A DNA stretch of 64,000 nt from an uncultured Armatimonadetes bacterium (GTDB lineage: Bacteria > Armatimonadota > UBA5829 > DTJY01). Numbering within the stretch: position 1 is the stretch's first letter; each line of letters begins with the position of its first letter. A model generated the notes under the pieces. The model was not told the origin of the DNA and ran no database searches. It was given only the letters and a program-made list of their open reading frames with translations. The DNA lies in NCBI GenBank assembly GCA_963717145.1, contig OY970325.1:3552001-3616000 (forward strand). The letters run 5' to 3'. This document shows, in pieces, positions 42,154 to 50,822 of the stretch. The position numbers were made by a program, and so were the translations under genes.

Positions 42154-42588
42154 TTACCAGCCCTTCATGCTGTCGCTTGTGAACGTCCGATCCACGCCCA
42201 ACGTAGTGCTCGCTATGCCGGTATCGTCCTCCGTACCGGCGATCTTCTGGTATGGCCTCAGGCGCTCTGTTCCCTGAGCCGCGAGCGCGATACCGTAGTC
42301 CTTGCGAGCACCGATCGTGATACCGCCCGCGGAGAGGTTCTCGGAAGCTCCTGCCTCGCGGTTGAGCTGCTGCAGGAATTCTCCGCTGACGATCTCCAGT
42401 ATGCCGAGCTTGAGGGTCGCCTGAAGCTTCGCGTTTCCGGTATCGCTCAGGTACTCATCGGCGAGAGTGTACTCGATGGACGGCTGCATCTCGCTGATCA
42501 GCGCGTCTATGTCCGAATCGTAAGTGGTGTCGGCGGTCGGGATCATGCTCTTGCGCTTGATCTCCGCCCGCGTGATCGTAATCGCCAT
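42154..42588 (-). CDS. Putative head-tail connector (adaptor) protein
   Basis: ITRAEIK...DSDIDALI...LRPY pattern typical of gp6/gp15-like adaptors; position after capsid gene. Confidence 0.6.
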   Translation of the reverse strand: MAITITRAEIKRKSMIPTADTTYDSDIDALISEMQPSIEYTLADEYLSDTGNAKLQATLKLGILEIVSGEFLQQLNREAGASENLSAGGITIGARKDYGIALAAQGTERLRPYQKIAGTEDDTGIASTTLGVDRTFTSDSMKGW

Positions 42589-42614
42589 CTGTCTTCCTCC
42601 TGCCCCAAGTCAGT

Positions 42615-42680
42615 GTAGTGGCCGTGCCTCAGTGCCGGCCCCGCCACCCCAAATGGCCGGCACTGAGGCACGGCCACTAC
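42615..42680. repeat. GTAG-capped REP doublet
   Basis: TGTAGTGGCCGTGCCTCAGTGCCGGCC ... GGCCGGCACTGAGGCACGGCCACTAC. Confidence 0.9.
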
Positions 42681-42688
42681 GGAGCTGT

Positions 42689-43036
42689 TCAACTCGCGTC
42701 GGCAACGTACACGTAGGCCTCGGCGCCGCTGCCCGTAATGGTGATCGTCAGGTCCGCCGAACACGCCAACGGAAGCGGAAGAAATGCCGACTGTGACGAT
42801 CCCGCCGGTGACTTCAGCCTGAGTACCTGATCGGCGCCGCACTCCACCAGGACAGCGGACCCCTCCATCGAGGACACCGCCACAACGCCCACCAATCGGC
42901 ACGGCCCGGTAAGAATCGTCTGACTTGCAGAGACCTTGTAGCTTCGGCACTCCTCCTGAGACACAAGCAGGCCACCCTGTGCGCTGGCGAGTATTTCGCG
43001 CGACTGCTTCGTCGTCTTGTTCGATGCTGTGAGCAT
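42689..43036 (-). CDS. Phage-cluster hypothetical protein (possible head decoration), paralog of 40493-40840
   Basis: AGGAGG RBS; MLTASNKTTKQ...GGLLV...GPCRLVG...PLPLAC. Confidence 0.75.
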   Translation of the reverse strand: MLTASNKTTKQSREILASAQGGLLVSQEECRSYKVSASQTILTGPCRLVGVVAVSSMEGSAVLVECGADQVLRLKSPAGSSQSAFLPLPLACSADLTITITGSGAEAYVYVADAS

Positions 43037-43062
43037 GTGTTTCCCTCCTGGAAGAAGCGAGT

Positions 43063-43208
43063 GGGGGATGGGGGAAATGGTCAATGGGAAATGGCTGGTT
43101 GATGCTGCGGGAATGCTTTTCTTTCCCGCAGCCGGGGGTACGCTGCGGGAAAGAAAAGCATTCCCGCAGCATCAACCATCAACCATCAACCATTTCCCCT
43201 CATTCCCC
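43063..43208. repeat. Inverted heptamer array with nested REP-like palindrome
   Basis: ATGG-type arms enclosing GCTGCGGGAATGCTTTTCTTTCCCGCAGC and its reverse complement. Confidence 0.85.
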
Positions 43209-43210
43209 GA

Positions 43211-44116
43211 CTAGGCTACCTGGCTGCCGTATGCGAACTGCCAGAGCCCGTAGCCGACGTTGTACCGGGCCCGCACGCCATAGACGAACTGGTCGCGCAT
43301 GAACCCGTTCTCCGAGTTGCCCTCGAGAGCTGCGAACTCGACCGGAATCCTGGACTGGAAGATCACCGGCTTGATGATCCGCCTTGTACTGAGCAGGAAC
43401 CAGTCGTTCGCATCGCTCAGGTACGGACTCACGACCAGGTCGAGCGCGTTCCGAAGCACGTTCCGGCGGGTATCGGTCTTTCCGCTCGCCGTGTCGGGAG
43501 CATACAGAGACTCCAGCAGTTCCATCGCCGTCCACTTCAGGTCCGGCGGAACGACGAGCGTGTCCGGTACGACGCCCATGATCTTGCCCTTGTCGTCCTT
43601 GAACTTGGACATGGACGTCATCGCCGTCTGAAGTGAGGTGGCGGACAGGGCGGTAGTGCCCTTGTTCGACTGGGTCCCGGACTCGCCCTCGCTGTGGTCG
43701 GTGTCGAAGTAGTACTGACCGTCATAGCAGAGGCTCGCGAACCCGTCGCGGATGAGGCCGAACACCAGTTCATCCTGATGGCGGCGGGCCTCGTCGGCCA
43801 GGCTCTGTACCCGAAGCTTGATCTGACCGTACTGATCGTCCTCAAGTGCGGCCCGATCGACGGCGATCGAGGACTCCCACGTCTTGTTGACGATCGAGTA
43901 GCTGTGCTCCAGAAGCCCGGCGGGCACTCGCTCATCCTTGAACTCGCGCATCTTCGGCACAGCGCCGAGCCAGGGGTACTTCTCGGTGTCGTGCTCGGAC
44001 GGGACGACTGTCGAGATCCTCTCCCAGTCGCCGGACGCCGCTTCATAGGCGTCGAAGAAGACGGCGCGCAGCCCCGCCTCCAGCAGATTCGGAATGTCTG
44101 ACTTCACAATCGGCAT
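43211..44116 (-). CDS. Mu-like prophage major head subunit (gpT family)
   Basis: YPWLGAVPKMRE, DDQYG, CYDGQYYFDTDH, LVVPP and YGVRARYNVGYGLWQFAY motifs. Confidence 0.92.
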   Translation of the reverse strand: MPIVKSDIPNLLEAGLRAVFFDAYEAASGDWERISTVVPSEHDTEKYPWLGAVPKMREFKDERVPAGLLEHSYSIVNKTWESSIAVDRAALEDDQYGQIKLRVQSLADEARRHQDELVFGLIRDGFASLCYDGQYYFDTDHSEGESGTQSNKGTTALSATSLQTAMTSMSKFKDDKGKIMGVVPDTLVVPPDLKWTAMELLESLYAPDTASGKTDTRRNVLRNALDLVVSPYLSDANDWFLLSTRRIIKPVIFQSRIPVEFAALEGNSENGFMRDQFVYGVRARYNVGYGLWQFAYGSQVA

Positions 44117-44214
44117 TGGTGTCTCCTTTCAGAATGGTTGATGGGGAGATGGTTAATGGCTAATGGCGGAATGGCTGATGCAGACCGGCCTGCCATCAAC
44201 CATGAACCATCAAT

Positions 44215-45286
44215 TGTCAAGTCCCACCACGTTGTGAACGGTAGTTCAGTAAGTCGGTAGGCTCTTTGATAAACAGATCTGGTCTTTGCGCGTACCAATC
44301 GCAGACCTTCTCATAGGGTGTCTTGCCACCGATCGCGCTGTGCTGTCTCCTTAGATTGTAGATGGTCAGCCACTGGTGGAGTCCATCTATCAACTCCGGA
44401 TATCCAGGATATCTGTGCATCTTGTACGTGCCCTCCTGGATCAGTCCGTTCATGCGTTCCACCAGACCGTTGGTCTTTGGTGTATACGGCCGGGTGAGCC
44501 TGTGTTCAATACCACAGGCTGAGCATACTTCATCAAAGAAGTGAGGTCTCTTCGCCGGACTGCCCCAACGGCTCCAATTGGCCAGAGTGAACTCTCTACC
44601 GTTGTCTGTCAGGATCTTGTGGATCATGAACGGATAGAACCACATGCACAGTCCAAGGAAGCCCACTGCGGATTCCTTGGTTAGGTTGTCGTACACCTGG
44701 AGGAAGGCTAGCCTTGTTGCTCTGTCTACCGCAACGAAGCAATACTTCCTCTTGCCCCCGATCTTGGGCAGGTAGAAACAGTCTATGTGAAGGTATCCAG
44801 GCAGATACTCTTTGAACTTGCCTGGACTTTCTCTCTTTTCTTTTTGGTACTGGGGGAGTCTGCTCACCCCTTTTCTGCTCAGTAAGCGATGTATACTGGC
44901 GCGTTCTGCATTCGGCAGAACTGTGACTACTGCACGCACCAGTGCATCGAGTGCTAGACCTTTGTCCCGGAGCGAGAGGATGATCTCCTCCTCTTCGGGG
45001 CTGAATGCATAATGGATCTTCCTGGGCCGACTGCTGCGGTCTTGCTGGTCACCCCGGGCCTTCCATTTGCAGACTGTTGCCGGCGATACATGGCAGATAT
45101 CTGCGAGCTTTCTGCAGCTCTTGGGACTCTGCCTGAAAAACCGCCGTTGCTTCATATTGCTGGTTGCGTTAGAATGGATCTGCATGCGAGTGGTCTCCTT
45201 TTTTGGTTTGGCGATCATCAAAGAGACTACCGCATGCACCTCCTTCTTTTCAACCCACGGTGTTCATAATGTCATGAGACTGGACA
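44215..45286 (-). mobile_element. IS481-family element, intact copy (1072 bp), inserted in heptamer array
   Basis: TGT...ACA ends with imperfect IRs; near-identical second copy at 58957-61470. Confidence 0.93.
44217..45185 (-). CDS. IS481-family transposase
   Basis: MQIHSNA start, HID, TDNGREF and TNGLVERMN DDE motifs. Confidence 0.92.
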   Translation of the reverse strand: MQIHSNATSNMKQRRFFRQSPKSCRKLADICHVSPATVCKWKARGDQQDRSSRPRKIHYAFSPEEEEIILSLRDKGLALDALVRAVVTVLPNAERASIHRLLSRKGVSRLPQYQKEKRESPGKFKEYLPGYLHIDCFYLPKIGGKRKYCFVAVDRATRLAFLQVYDNLTKESAVGFLGLCMWFYPFMIHKILTDNGREFTLANWSRWGSPAKRPHFFDEVCSACGIEHRLTRPYTPKTNGLVERMNGLIQEGTYKMHRYPGYPELIDGLHQWLTIYNLRRQHSAIGGKTPYEKVCDWYAQRPDLFIKEPTDLLNYRSQRGGT

Positions 45287-45309
45287 ATAAACCATCAACC
45301 ATGCATCCC

Positions 45310-45732
45310 CTACCGTGCGTATCCGTCGATCCGGATGCGGACCTGGGTGGCGCTGACGATCTCGGCGATGACGCCGCACTTCACGTCGTTGGTCGTGGCG
45401 GTCGCGTCGTCATCGACGGTCTGATTGTCGACGATGTAGACCTCCTTGCCGACGACCGCCTGAGCGGCATCCCCACCATTGTATGCGAACGTATGTTCGC
45501 CTGTTTTTTCGATGCGGATCTCCTTCGCGCCGGCTGACCCGGCGGAGTTGTCCACCATCTCGTAGCTCACACCGGCGAACAGGAAGCTCGCCGTGTCCGC
45601 TCCGTTCGTGACGTGCCCGCTCGTGTTGATGCATGCCAGTACCCCCTTCGGGATCTTGACGTTCGACATCTTCATCGACTTCAGCTTGCCGTCACTGCGT
45701 TTCGTGTCTCTGTCCGTAGTTGTCGCTGCCAT
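45310..45732 (-). CDS. Capsid cement/decoration protein (DUF2190-like)
   Basis: FAGVSYEMVDNSAG...VGKEVYIVDNQTV...GVIAEI...VRIRID; located between scaffold and capsid genes. Confidence 0.7.
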   Translation of the reverse strand: MAATTTDRDTKRSDGKLKSMKMSNVKIPKGVLACINTSGHVTNGADTASFLFAGVSYEMVDNSAGSAGAKEIRIEKTGEHTFAYNGGDAAQAVVGKEVYIVDNQTVDDDATATTNDVKCGVIAEIVSATQVRIRIDGYAR

Positions 45733-45757
45733 TGTCACTCACCTTTCTGCATAATGA

Positions 45758-45835
45758 GGGAATGGTTCATGGTCTATGGTTGATGAAAGACCGGCTGCCA
45801 TTAGCCATCAACCATTCCCCACTAACCATTTCCCC
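45758..45835. repeat. Inverted heptamer array
   Basis: ATGGTTCATGGTCTATGGTTGATG ... CCATTAGCCATCAACCAT. Confidence 0.88.
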
Positions 45836-47759
45836 TGTGCTTCTCGACTTGCTCGCGGCTGATGCCGAGCTTGGAGAGAAGCTCTTCCTCCTCGGCCGAG
45901 AGTAGTGGCCGTGGCTCAGTCCCGGCCTTCCCCGGAGTCAGCTCCGAGAACTCGATCACCTTCGGCTGGGTCTCCAGGAACTGCAGGAACAGCTCGCCGA
46001 CCGTCGCCTCGCCGTCGGAGAACTTCACGACCTGATCGCCCTGAAGCAGGATCTCTCGCGCGAACGACTCCGACGCCGGCACGATCTTTCCATTCGACTT
46101 CAAGGCCGCCATCCGGGCATCGACGTCCTTCTCCCGAAGCGCGAACTTCAGGTCTGCGATCTCTCGGTCTTTGTCATCTGTGCTCATGCTCTGGTTCACC
46201 TCCCCTCTCGAATGCGGAATTGCGAATGCGGGATTCGGAATGGGTCTGCTCTCCGCGTCCCCGCCTCCCTCCGTCCCCGCGTCTCTGAACATAGTCGCCG
46301 CCGCCACCCTGGGGCTGAGCACCAGGGAGACCTCGGCGAGCCGGAGCGGGTCCTTCAGCAGGCCCACGCTCAGCCGCTTGATGCCCCGGCGCTCCAGGAA
46401 GCTCATCAGGTCTTGCGGAAACGCCAGGGTCGCGAACAGCTCCCTGCCCGTGCGCCAGATCCGCTTCACCGTGCCGACTGCCGGGATGCCGAGATACCCC
46501 CGGATCCACGGCTCGGTCGGCTCGACTACGCGGCCGTCGATCAGCTTCGTGATCAGCCCGCCGAGCAGCTCCAGGTCCTTCTCCTCCAGGCTCCCGAGAA
46601 CGAATCTGGGAATGGACGATGGCTGATGGTTCATGGTTGATGGGACGGCCGGAGTCCGCCCGTTAACCATTCCCCAGTTGATTTCCACCAGCCGGCGGAT
46701 GAGTTGCTCGCGCATGACCGTCTCCTCCAGGTCCCGCTTCAGCCGCTCGAGGTAGAAGCGGAGCACGTCCATGTGCACCTTCGCGAGTGCGACCGACCCG
46801 ACCCGCGACCCTTCATCGCTCGTCAGCGTCTGGCCGAGAATCGCCTTGGCGATCTGTTTGTTGTGGTAGTCGATCGCCGTGATGTATCCCGCATCCCCGC
46901 TCCTCCGGGCCTCGAGCAGCTCGACCGTCACGTCCTCGGGAACGACCAGCGCCGACTCCTGCTGGATCTTGTCGAGCACGCGGAGCAGATCGTCCTGCTG
47001 ATCCTTCGGCACTCCGCGCTTGTACGTGCCCTTGGCGGTCGGCATCCCGAACTTCTCCATATAGAGGTTCCAGAACTTCACGATCGCCTCTTTGCTCCAC
47101 CAGTGCTTGTACGCCGCCCGAAGGTCCGACTGCCCGTGGGGAAGCTCGTAGACCGGCATGTGCGTATACACGATGAACTTCTCCGCCGGCAAACCACTAC
47201 GTTGGGGCACTCCACAGTGTTGGTGCTGGAGTTGCACTCCAGCCCCCCTGTGCGTCAGTCCCCGCACGTTCAGGAACTCGTCCATGTCGAAGCCGAAATC
47301 CGCCGGGTCCTTCGACTTGATGCTCGCCAGCCCGATCATCCCGTCGAACGGGCCGCCCTCGATCGGCTTGTAGTTGATCTCGCAGACCGAGAAGCCCTTC
47401 GCGATCGCATCGAGCACCTTGAAGAGCATCTCCTGCACCGAGCCCTTCATGTCGTTCAGGCAGAACTCGATGAACTGCGCGATGCGGACGTCCTCCGGCG
47501 AATCGGACGCCGGCTGGATGCTCCAGCCCTTCGCGAGGACCGCGAACTTCTTGGTGTTCAGACACGATCGCACCTGGGCGTCGTTCTGCATCTCGTCATA
47601 GACCGCGAACCCCCTGCGGCTGACCAGGTCGTCCGGCGAATACGCAGCGAGACGGAACGCGCCGCTCATCAGGCTCGACCTCGCGACCGCGACCTCGTCC
47701 ATCGCCGGCGTCTTCCGCCCGAAACGCCCAAGGATTCTCTCCGCAATCGATGTTGCCAT
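45822..47759 (-). CDS. Mu gp29-like portal protein (DUF935) fused to partial prohead protease and scaffold
   Basis: GFSVCEI, EKFGMP, IAKAILGQTLTS and GSVALAKVH portal motifs; then LSVGL...EVSLV..PRV; internal GGAGGTGA RBS + ATG at 46187 for a scaffold-like C-terminus. Confidence 0.85.
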   Translation of the reverse strand: MATSIAERILGRFGRKTPAMDEVAVARSSLMSGAFRLAAYSPDDLVSRRGFAVYDEMQNDAQVRSCLNTKKFAVLAKGWSIQPASDSPEDVRIAQFIEFCLNDMKGSVQEMLFKVLDAIAKGFSVCEINYKPIEGGPFDGMIGLASIKSKDPADFGFDMDEFLNVRGLTHRGAGVQLQHQHCGVPQRSGLPAEKFIVYTHMPVYELPHGQSDLRAAYKHWWSKEAIVKFWNLYMEKFGMPTAKGTYKRGVPKDQQDDLLRVLDKIQQESALVVPEDVTVELLEARRSGDAGYITAIDYHNKQIAKAILGQTLTSDEGSRVGSVALAKVHMDVLRFYLERLKRDLEETVMREQLIRRLVEINWGMVNGRTPAVPSTMNHQPSSIPRFVLGSLEEKDLELLGGLITKLIDGRVVEPTEPWIRGYLGIPAVGTVKRIWRTGRELFATLAFPQDLMSFLERRGIKRLSVGLLKDPLRLAEVSLVLSPRVAAATMFRDAGTEGGGDAESRPIPNPAFAIPHSRGEVNQSMSTDDKDREIADLKFALREKDVDARMAALKSNGKIVPASESFAREILLQGDQVVKFSDGEATVGELFLQFLETQPKVIEFSELTPGKAGTEPRPLLSAEEEELLSKLGISREQVEKHRGNG

Positions 47760-47842
47760 CCCCCACCTCCTACTCCTACTCATACTCATACTCATACTCA
47801 TACTCTGATCCTGATCCTGCCCCGTTTTCGTGGACAGATCAC

Positions 47843-48712
47843 CTAGGCCGCTCGTTCGAGAGCGGCCGCCTCGAAATCGGCGGGACTCCGATAGCCGAGG
47901 CTCGAGTGGAGTCGCTGTCGATTGTAGAACACTTCGATGTACTCGAAGATATCAGATCTCGCTTCCTCTCGTGAGGAGTATGTTCGATGATGTATCAGCT
48001 CGGCCTTAAGCGTCGCAAAGAAGCTCTCCATCGGGGCGTTGTCATAGCAATCCCCGGCGCCGCTCATGCTGGCTCGAATTTCGTAGGCTTCGAGAAGCCT
48101 ACGAAATTCGCCGCTCGCGTACTGACACCCTCGATCCGAATGATGGATGACTTCACCGACCGGTCTTCTGTTCTTGTATGCCATCCTGAGCGCCTCACTT
48201 GCGAGCACACTCCCAAGCGTCTCTTTCATCGACCAGCCCACTATCTGGCGCGAGTAAAGATCCATCACCGCCGAAAGATAGAGCCAACCCTCACGGGTAT
48301 GCACATACGTTATGTCGCTTACCCAGACACTGTTCGGTCTGGCTACCTCGAAGTTTCTCTTGAGCAGATTCGCCGCCACAGGCTGGTTGTGCCTGGAGTT
48401 AGTCGTAACACGGAACTTCCGCTTCTGTCTTGCGCGGATTCCGTTTGCTGTCATGAGCCTGGCCACACGGCCTCTGCTGCAGGTCTCACCCGCCTGCCGA
48501 AGCCGTATGTGAACCCTCGGGCTACCGTAGGTGTCTCTGCTCTCGGCGTGGACCTCCCTGATCCGTGTGAGCAGCTTCTCGTTCTTCCTGGCGCGATCGC
48601 TTTCGGGACGCCCCTGCCACGCGTAGTAGCCGCTCCGGCTCACACCGAGCACCCCGCAGATCGTCCCGATCCTGAAGCGACCGTCTTGAGCAGCGATGAA
48701 GGCGTACTTCAC
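47843..48712 (-). CDS. IS3 transposase OrfB (DDE)
   Basis: WVSDITY, HHSDRGCQY and DNAPMESFF motifs. Confidence 0.95.
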   Translation of the reverse strand: MKYAFIAAQDGRFRIGTICGVLGVSRSGYYAWQGRPESDRARKNEKLLTRIREVHAESRDTYGSPRVHIRLRQAGETCSRGRVARLMTANGIRARQKRKFRVTTNSRHNQPVAANLLKRNFEVARPNSVWVSDITYVHTREGWLYLSAVMDLYSRQIVGWSMKETLGSVLASEALRMAYKNRRPVGEVIHHSDRGCQYASGEFRRLLEAYEIRASMSGAGDCYDNAPMESFFATLKAELIHHRTYSSREEARSDIFEYIEVFYNRQRLHSSLGYRSPADFEAAALERAA

Positions 48713-48990
48713 TGCTGCTCCCTCGCAAAGTACGCCGCCGCTTTTTTTAATATGTCTCTCTCCTCTCGGAGGAGATCGTTCTCCTTGCGGAGACGCTTCA
48801 CTTCGTCCTCAAGGGACTCTCTCTTCCTGGGATCGATCTCTCCCAGGCTCTCCTTGTACTTCCTGATCCAGGCGTCCAGGCTGTTGATGTTGACTCCCAG
48901 TTCCTTTGCGATCCGAGCTTTGCTCGCCCTGCCGGAAAAAGCCAACTTCACCGCCTCCGCCTTGAAGCTTTCTGAATACTGCCTCTTCAT
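48709..48990 (-). CDS. IS3 transposase OrfA (HTH)
   Basis: YSESFKAEAV, ERDILKKAAAYFA. Confidence 0.95.
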   Translation of the reverse strand: MKRQYSESFKAEAVKLAFSGRASKARIAKELGVNINSLDAWIRKYKESLGEIDPRKRESLEDEVKRLRKENDLLREERDILKKAAAYFAREQQ

Positions 48991-49058
48991 CTTGGGTCAC
49001 CTCATCTCTTATTATCCGGTGCCCACTAATTCGAGGCAAGATCACTCATACTCAATTC

Positions 49059-49072
49059 CGAACATATGTTCG
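49059..49072. promoter_or_regulatory. LexA (SOS) box, perfect consensus
   Basis: CGAACATATGTTCG next to a TTGGCA -35-like hexamer; about 60 bp upstream of the portal ATG once the IS3 is removed. Confidence 0.85.
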
Positions 49073-49230
49073 CCTGCCAACCCACCAAAAAAGGGCCGGT
49101 ATCCCACAACATGGGTCGCCGGCCCTTCCATCATTCGCCTGCCTTCAGCAGTCTTCAGTCCGAAATCTCGCTCCCATATATGTAGCCCGCGAGGAGGCCC
49201 AAAAAGAATGAACGAGCCGTGAACTTTCCT

Positions 49231-50394
49231 TTAAATCTTTCGCCGGCGCGCCAATCCGGCCAGCCCGACCATGCCTGCCCCGAGCGCAAGGAGACTAGAC
49301 GGCTCCGGTACCGGATTCAGCAGCACTGTAGACAGGGTTGAAGAGCCGTTAAGACTTGCCATGGCCGCTATCTGGCCTCTGTCATTGATCCCGTGCACCG
49401 ACTTTATGCTCCAGCCGGATTCGGTCAGCAGGGAATCGAGTTCGGAGACAACCCCGCTGCTGCATATGAACGCCTTCTGTGTGGAGTACGACAGATAGCC
49501 GCCCAGGATAACGCCGGCATTGTTGATGGTGAAGTGGCTCAGCGACGCCGTGGATATCGGCAGTTGCCTCAGGCCCGAGCCTGGCGTCCAAGTGTAGTAG
49601 TTATAGGAACTGCCCGTATACAGCCTCACCAGCAGCACGCCAGCGTCGTTGATGTCGGAGACCCCTGAAGAGCTGTGGTGGTCGCTCTGGTCCGCAGGTA
49701 CTCCCAGATTGTGGGCCGTGCCGTCAGTATCCCAGTAGCAAGCACGGACGAGGCCAACATAACCGCCGTAATCATGGGGCCAATAGAATGCGAAGCTCGT
49801 GCCTCCGGCTACCTCGCCAGACGAGTTGATGCTTGATGGCATTGCCGCTCCGCCGTGGGCGCCCTCAGGTGCCTCAAGATAGCTCAAGACCTGAACTCCA
49901 CCTGTCTCTGTCCACGTAAACCCAGCGCCGCCATAGTGGCCCACGACAGTGCCGCTGTCGTTGATGTCACTGACGTCACCGCTGGTCACTCCTTCGCCGA
50001 GGTCGAGCGGCTGCAGGCCGCCGGACGAGGTGTAGCGGAATGCCTTGCTGCCGGCTGAGCCGTTGGAATAAGTTCCGACAATGTCCCCGCTGTTGTTCAT
50101 TGCACTGACAAAGCCGTCGCGGTAGGTGGCGAGTTTGCCATAAGTCTGGAGTGTGCCGGTAGTGCCGTTCGGTGCGGACGGGGTCCACAGGCATACCGAT
50201 CCCGCCTCGAAGATGTTAGGTTTCACAATCCCCGCGATCTGCCCGGAGTTGTTGATGGCTCCCGGTGTGAAGCTAGGGAGCTGGATCACCTGATACGTCG
50301 GCGGGGCACTGTCCGCCGGCAGAGCGGCGATCGCCAGTACTGCAACAGAAGCCATGAATGACAAGAACTTCGCTCAAGATGCTGGGATGCCCAT
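49231..50394 (-). CDS. PEP-CTERM surface protein with HAF-like repeats (in-frame TGA at codon 7 if the RBS-proximal ATG is used)
   Basis: Repeated INNSGQIAG/INDSGTVVG units; C-terminal VPEPSSLLALGAGMVGLAGLARRRK; GAGGAG RBS then MGIPAS*AKFLSFMASVAVLA. Confidence 0.85.
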
Positions 50395-50822
50395 TGGTAC
50401 ATGTCTCCTCTGCACGATCCGAATGAAGCCTGCCGGCCAATAACACGGCATCTAGCAGCCTGTCTGAGAATTCCCCGCTATGTGGGTGAGTTTCCCATCT
50501 GCGGGGTCGCGCTGGCTGCTGTTCGATAGTGTTTTTCGCCGGATTTCCGGCGAGGGTCTGTAAAGACCCCTTGTACCTTGATAATCAGCCTGATCCAGGT
50601 CATATATCTACGTATCGAAGATCGATTTCCGGTCGCCGTATCGGTATAGCTTCAGCATGTTGTGCCCAAGACACGCAAGCGTCCACTCCGACTTCGCTTT
50701 CGCAAGGCCTCGGAGTAGGAAGCCTCGGAAGTTCCGTGCGCTCTTGATCTGGCCGAACACCGGCTCTACCGTCTCCTTCCGCCTCCCGTAGATCTTTCGG
50801 CCAAGAGGAGTCAAGAGCTTTG

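Larger units (their letters stand above)
47806..49044 (-). mobile_element. IS3-family element
   Basis: TG...CA ends with IRs TGATCCTGCCCCG/TGATCTTGCCTCG, CTC target duplication, orfA/orfB with A7G slippery site. Confidence 0.93.

Noticed and set aside
40493-47759. Complete inducible prophage or encapsulin locus
   Set aside because: No terminase, tail, integrase or replication genes; presence of portal, neck and lysis genes and a gpT-type capsid argues against a classical encapsulin
47760-47801. MSMSMSMS N-terminal extension of the portal protein
   Set aside because: Translation of the hexamer repeat; AGGAGG RBS supports the ATG at 47759
24773-50376. Genome-wide UGA reassignment suggested by three in-frame TGAs
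   Set aside because: TGA is the normal stop of many intact genes here (gnd, opcA, nuoN, bcp itself); only the bcp TGA has catalytic position and SECIS support
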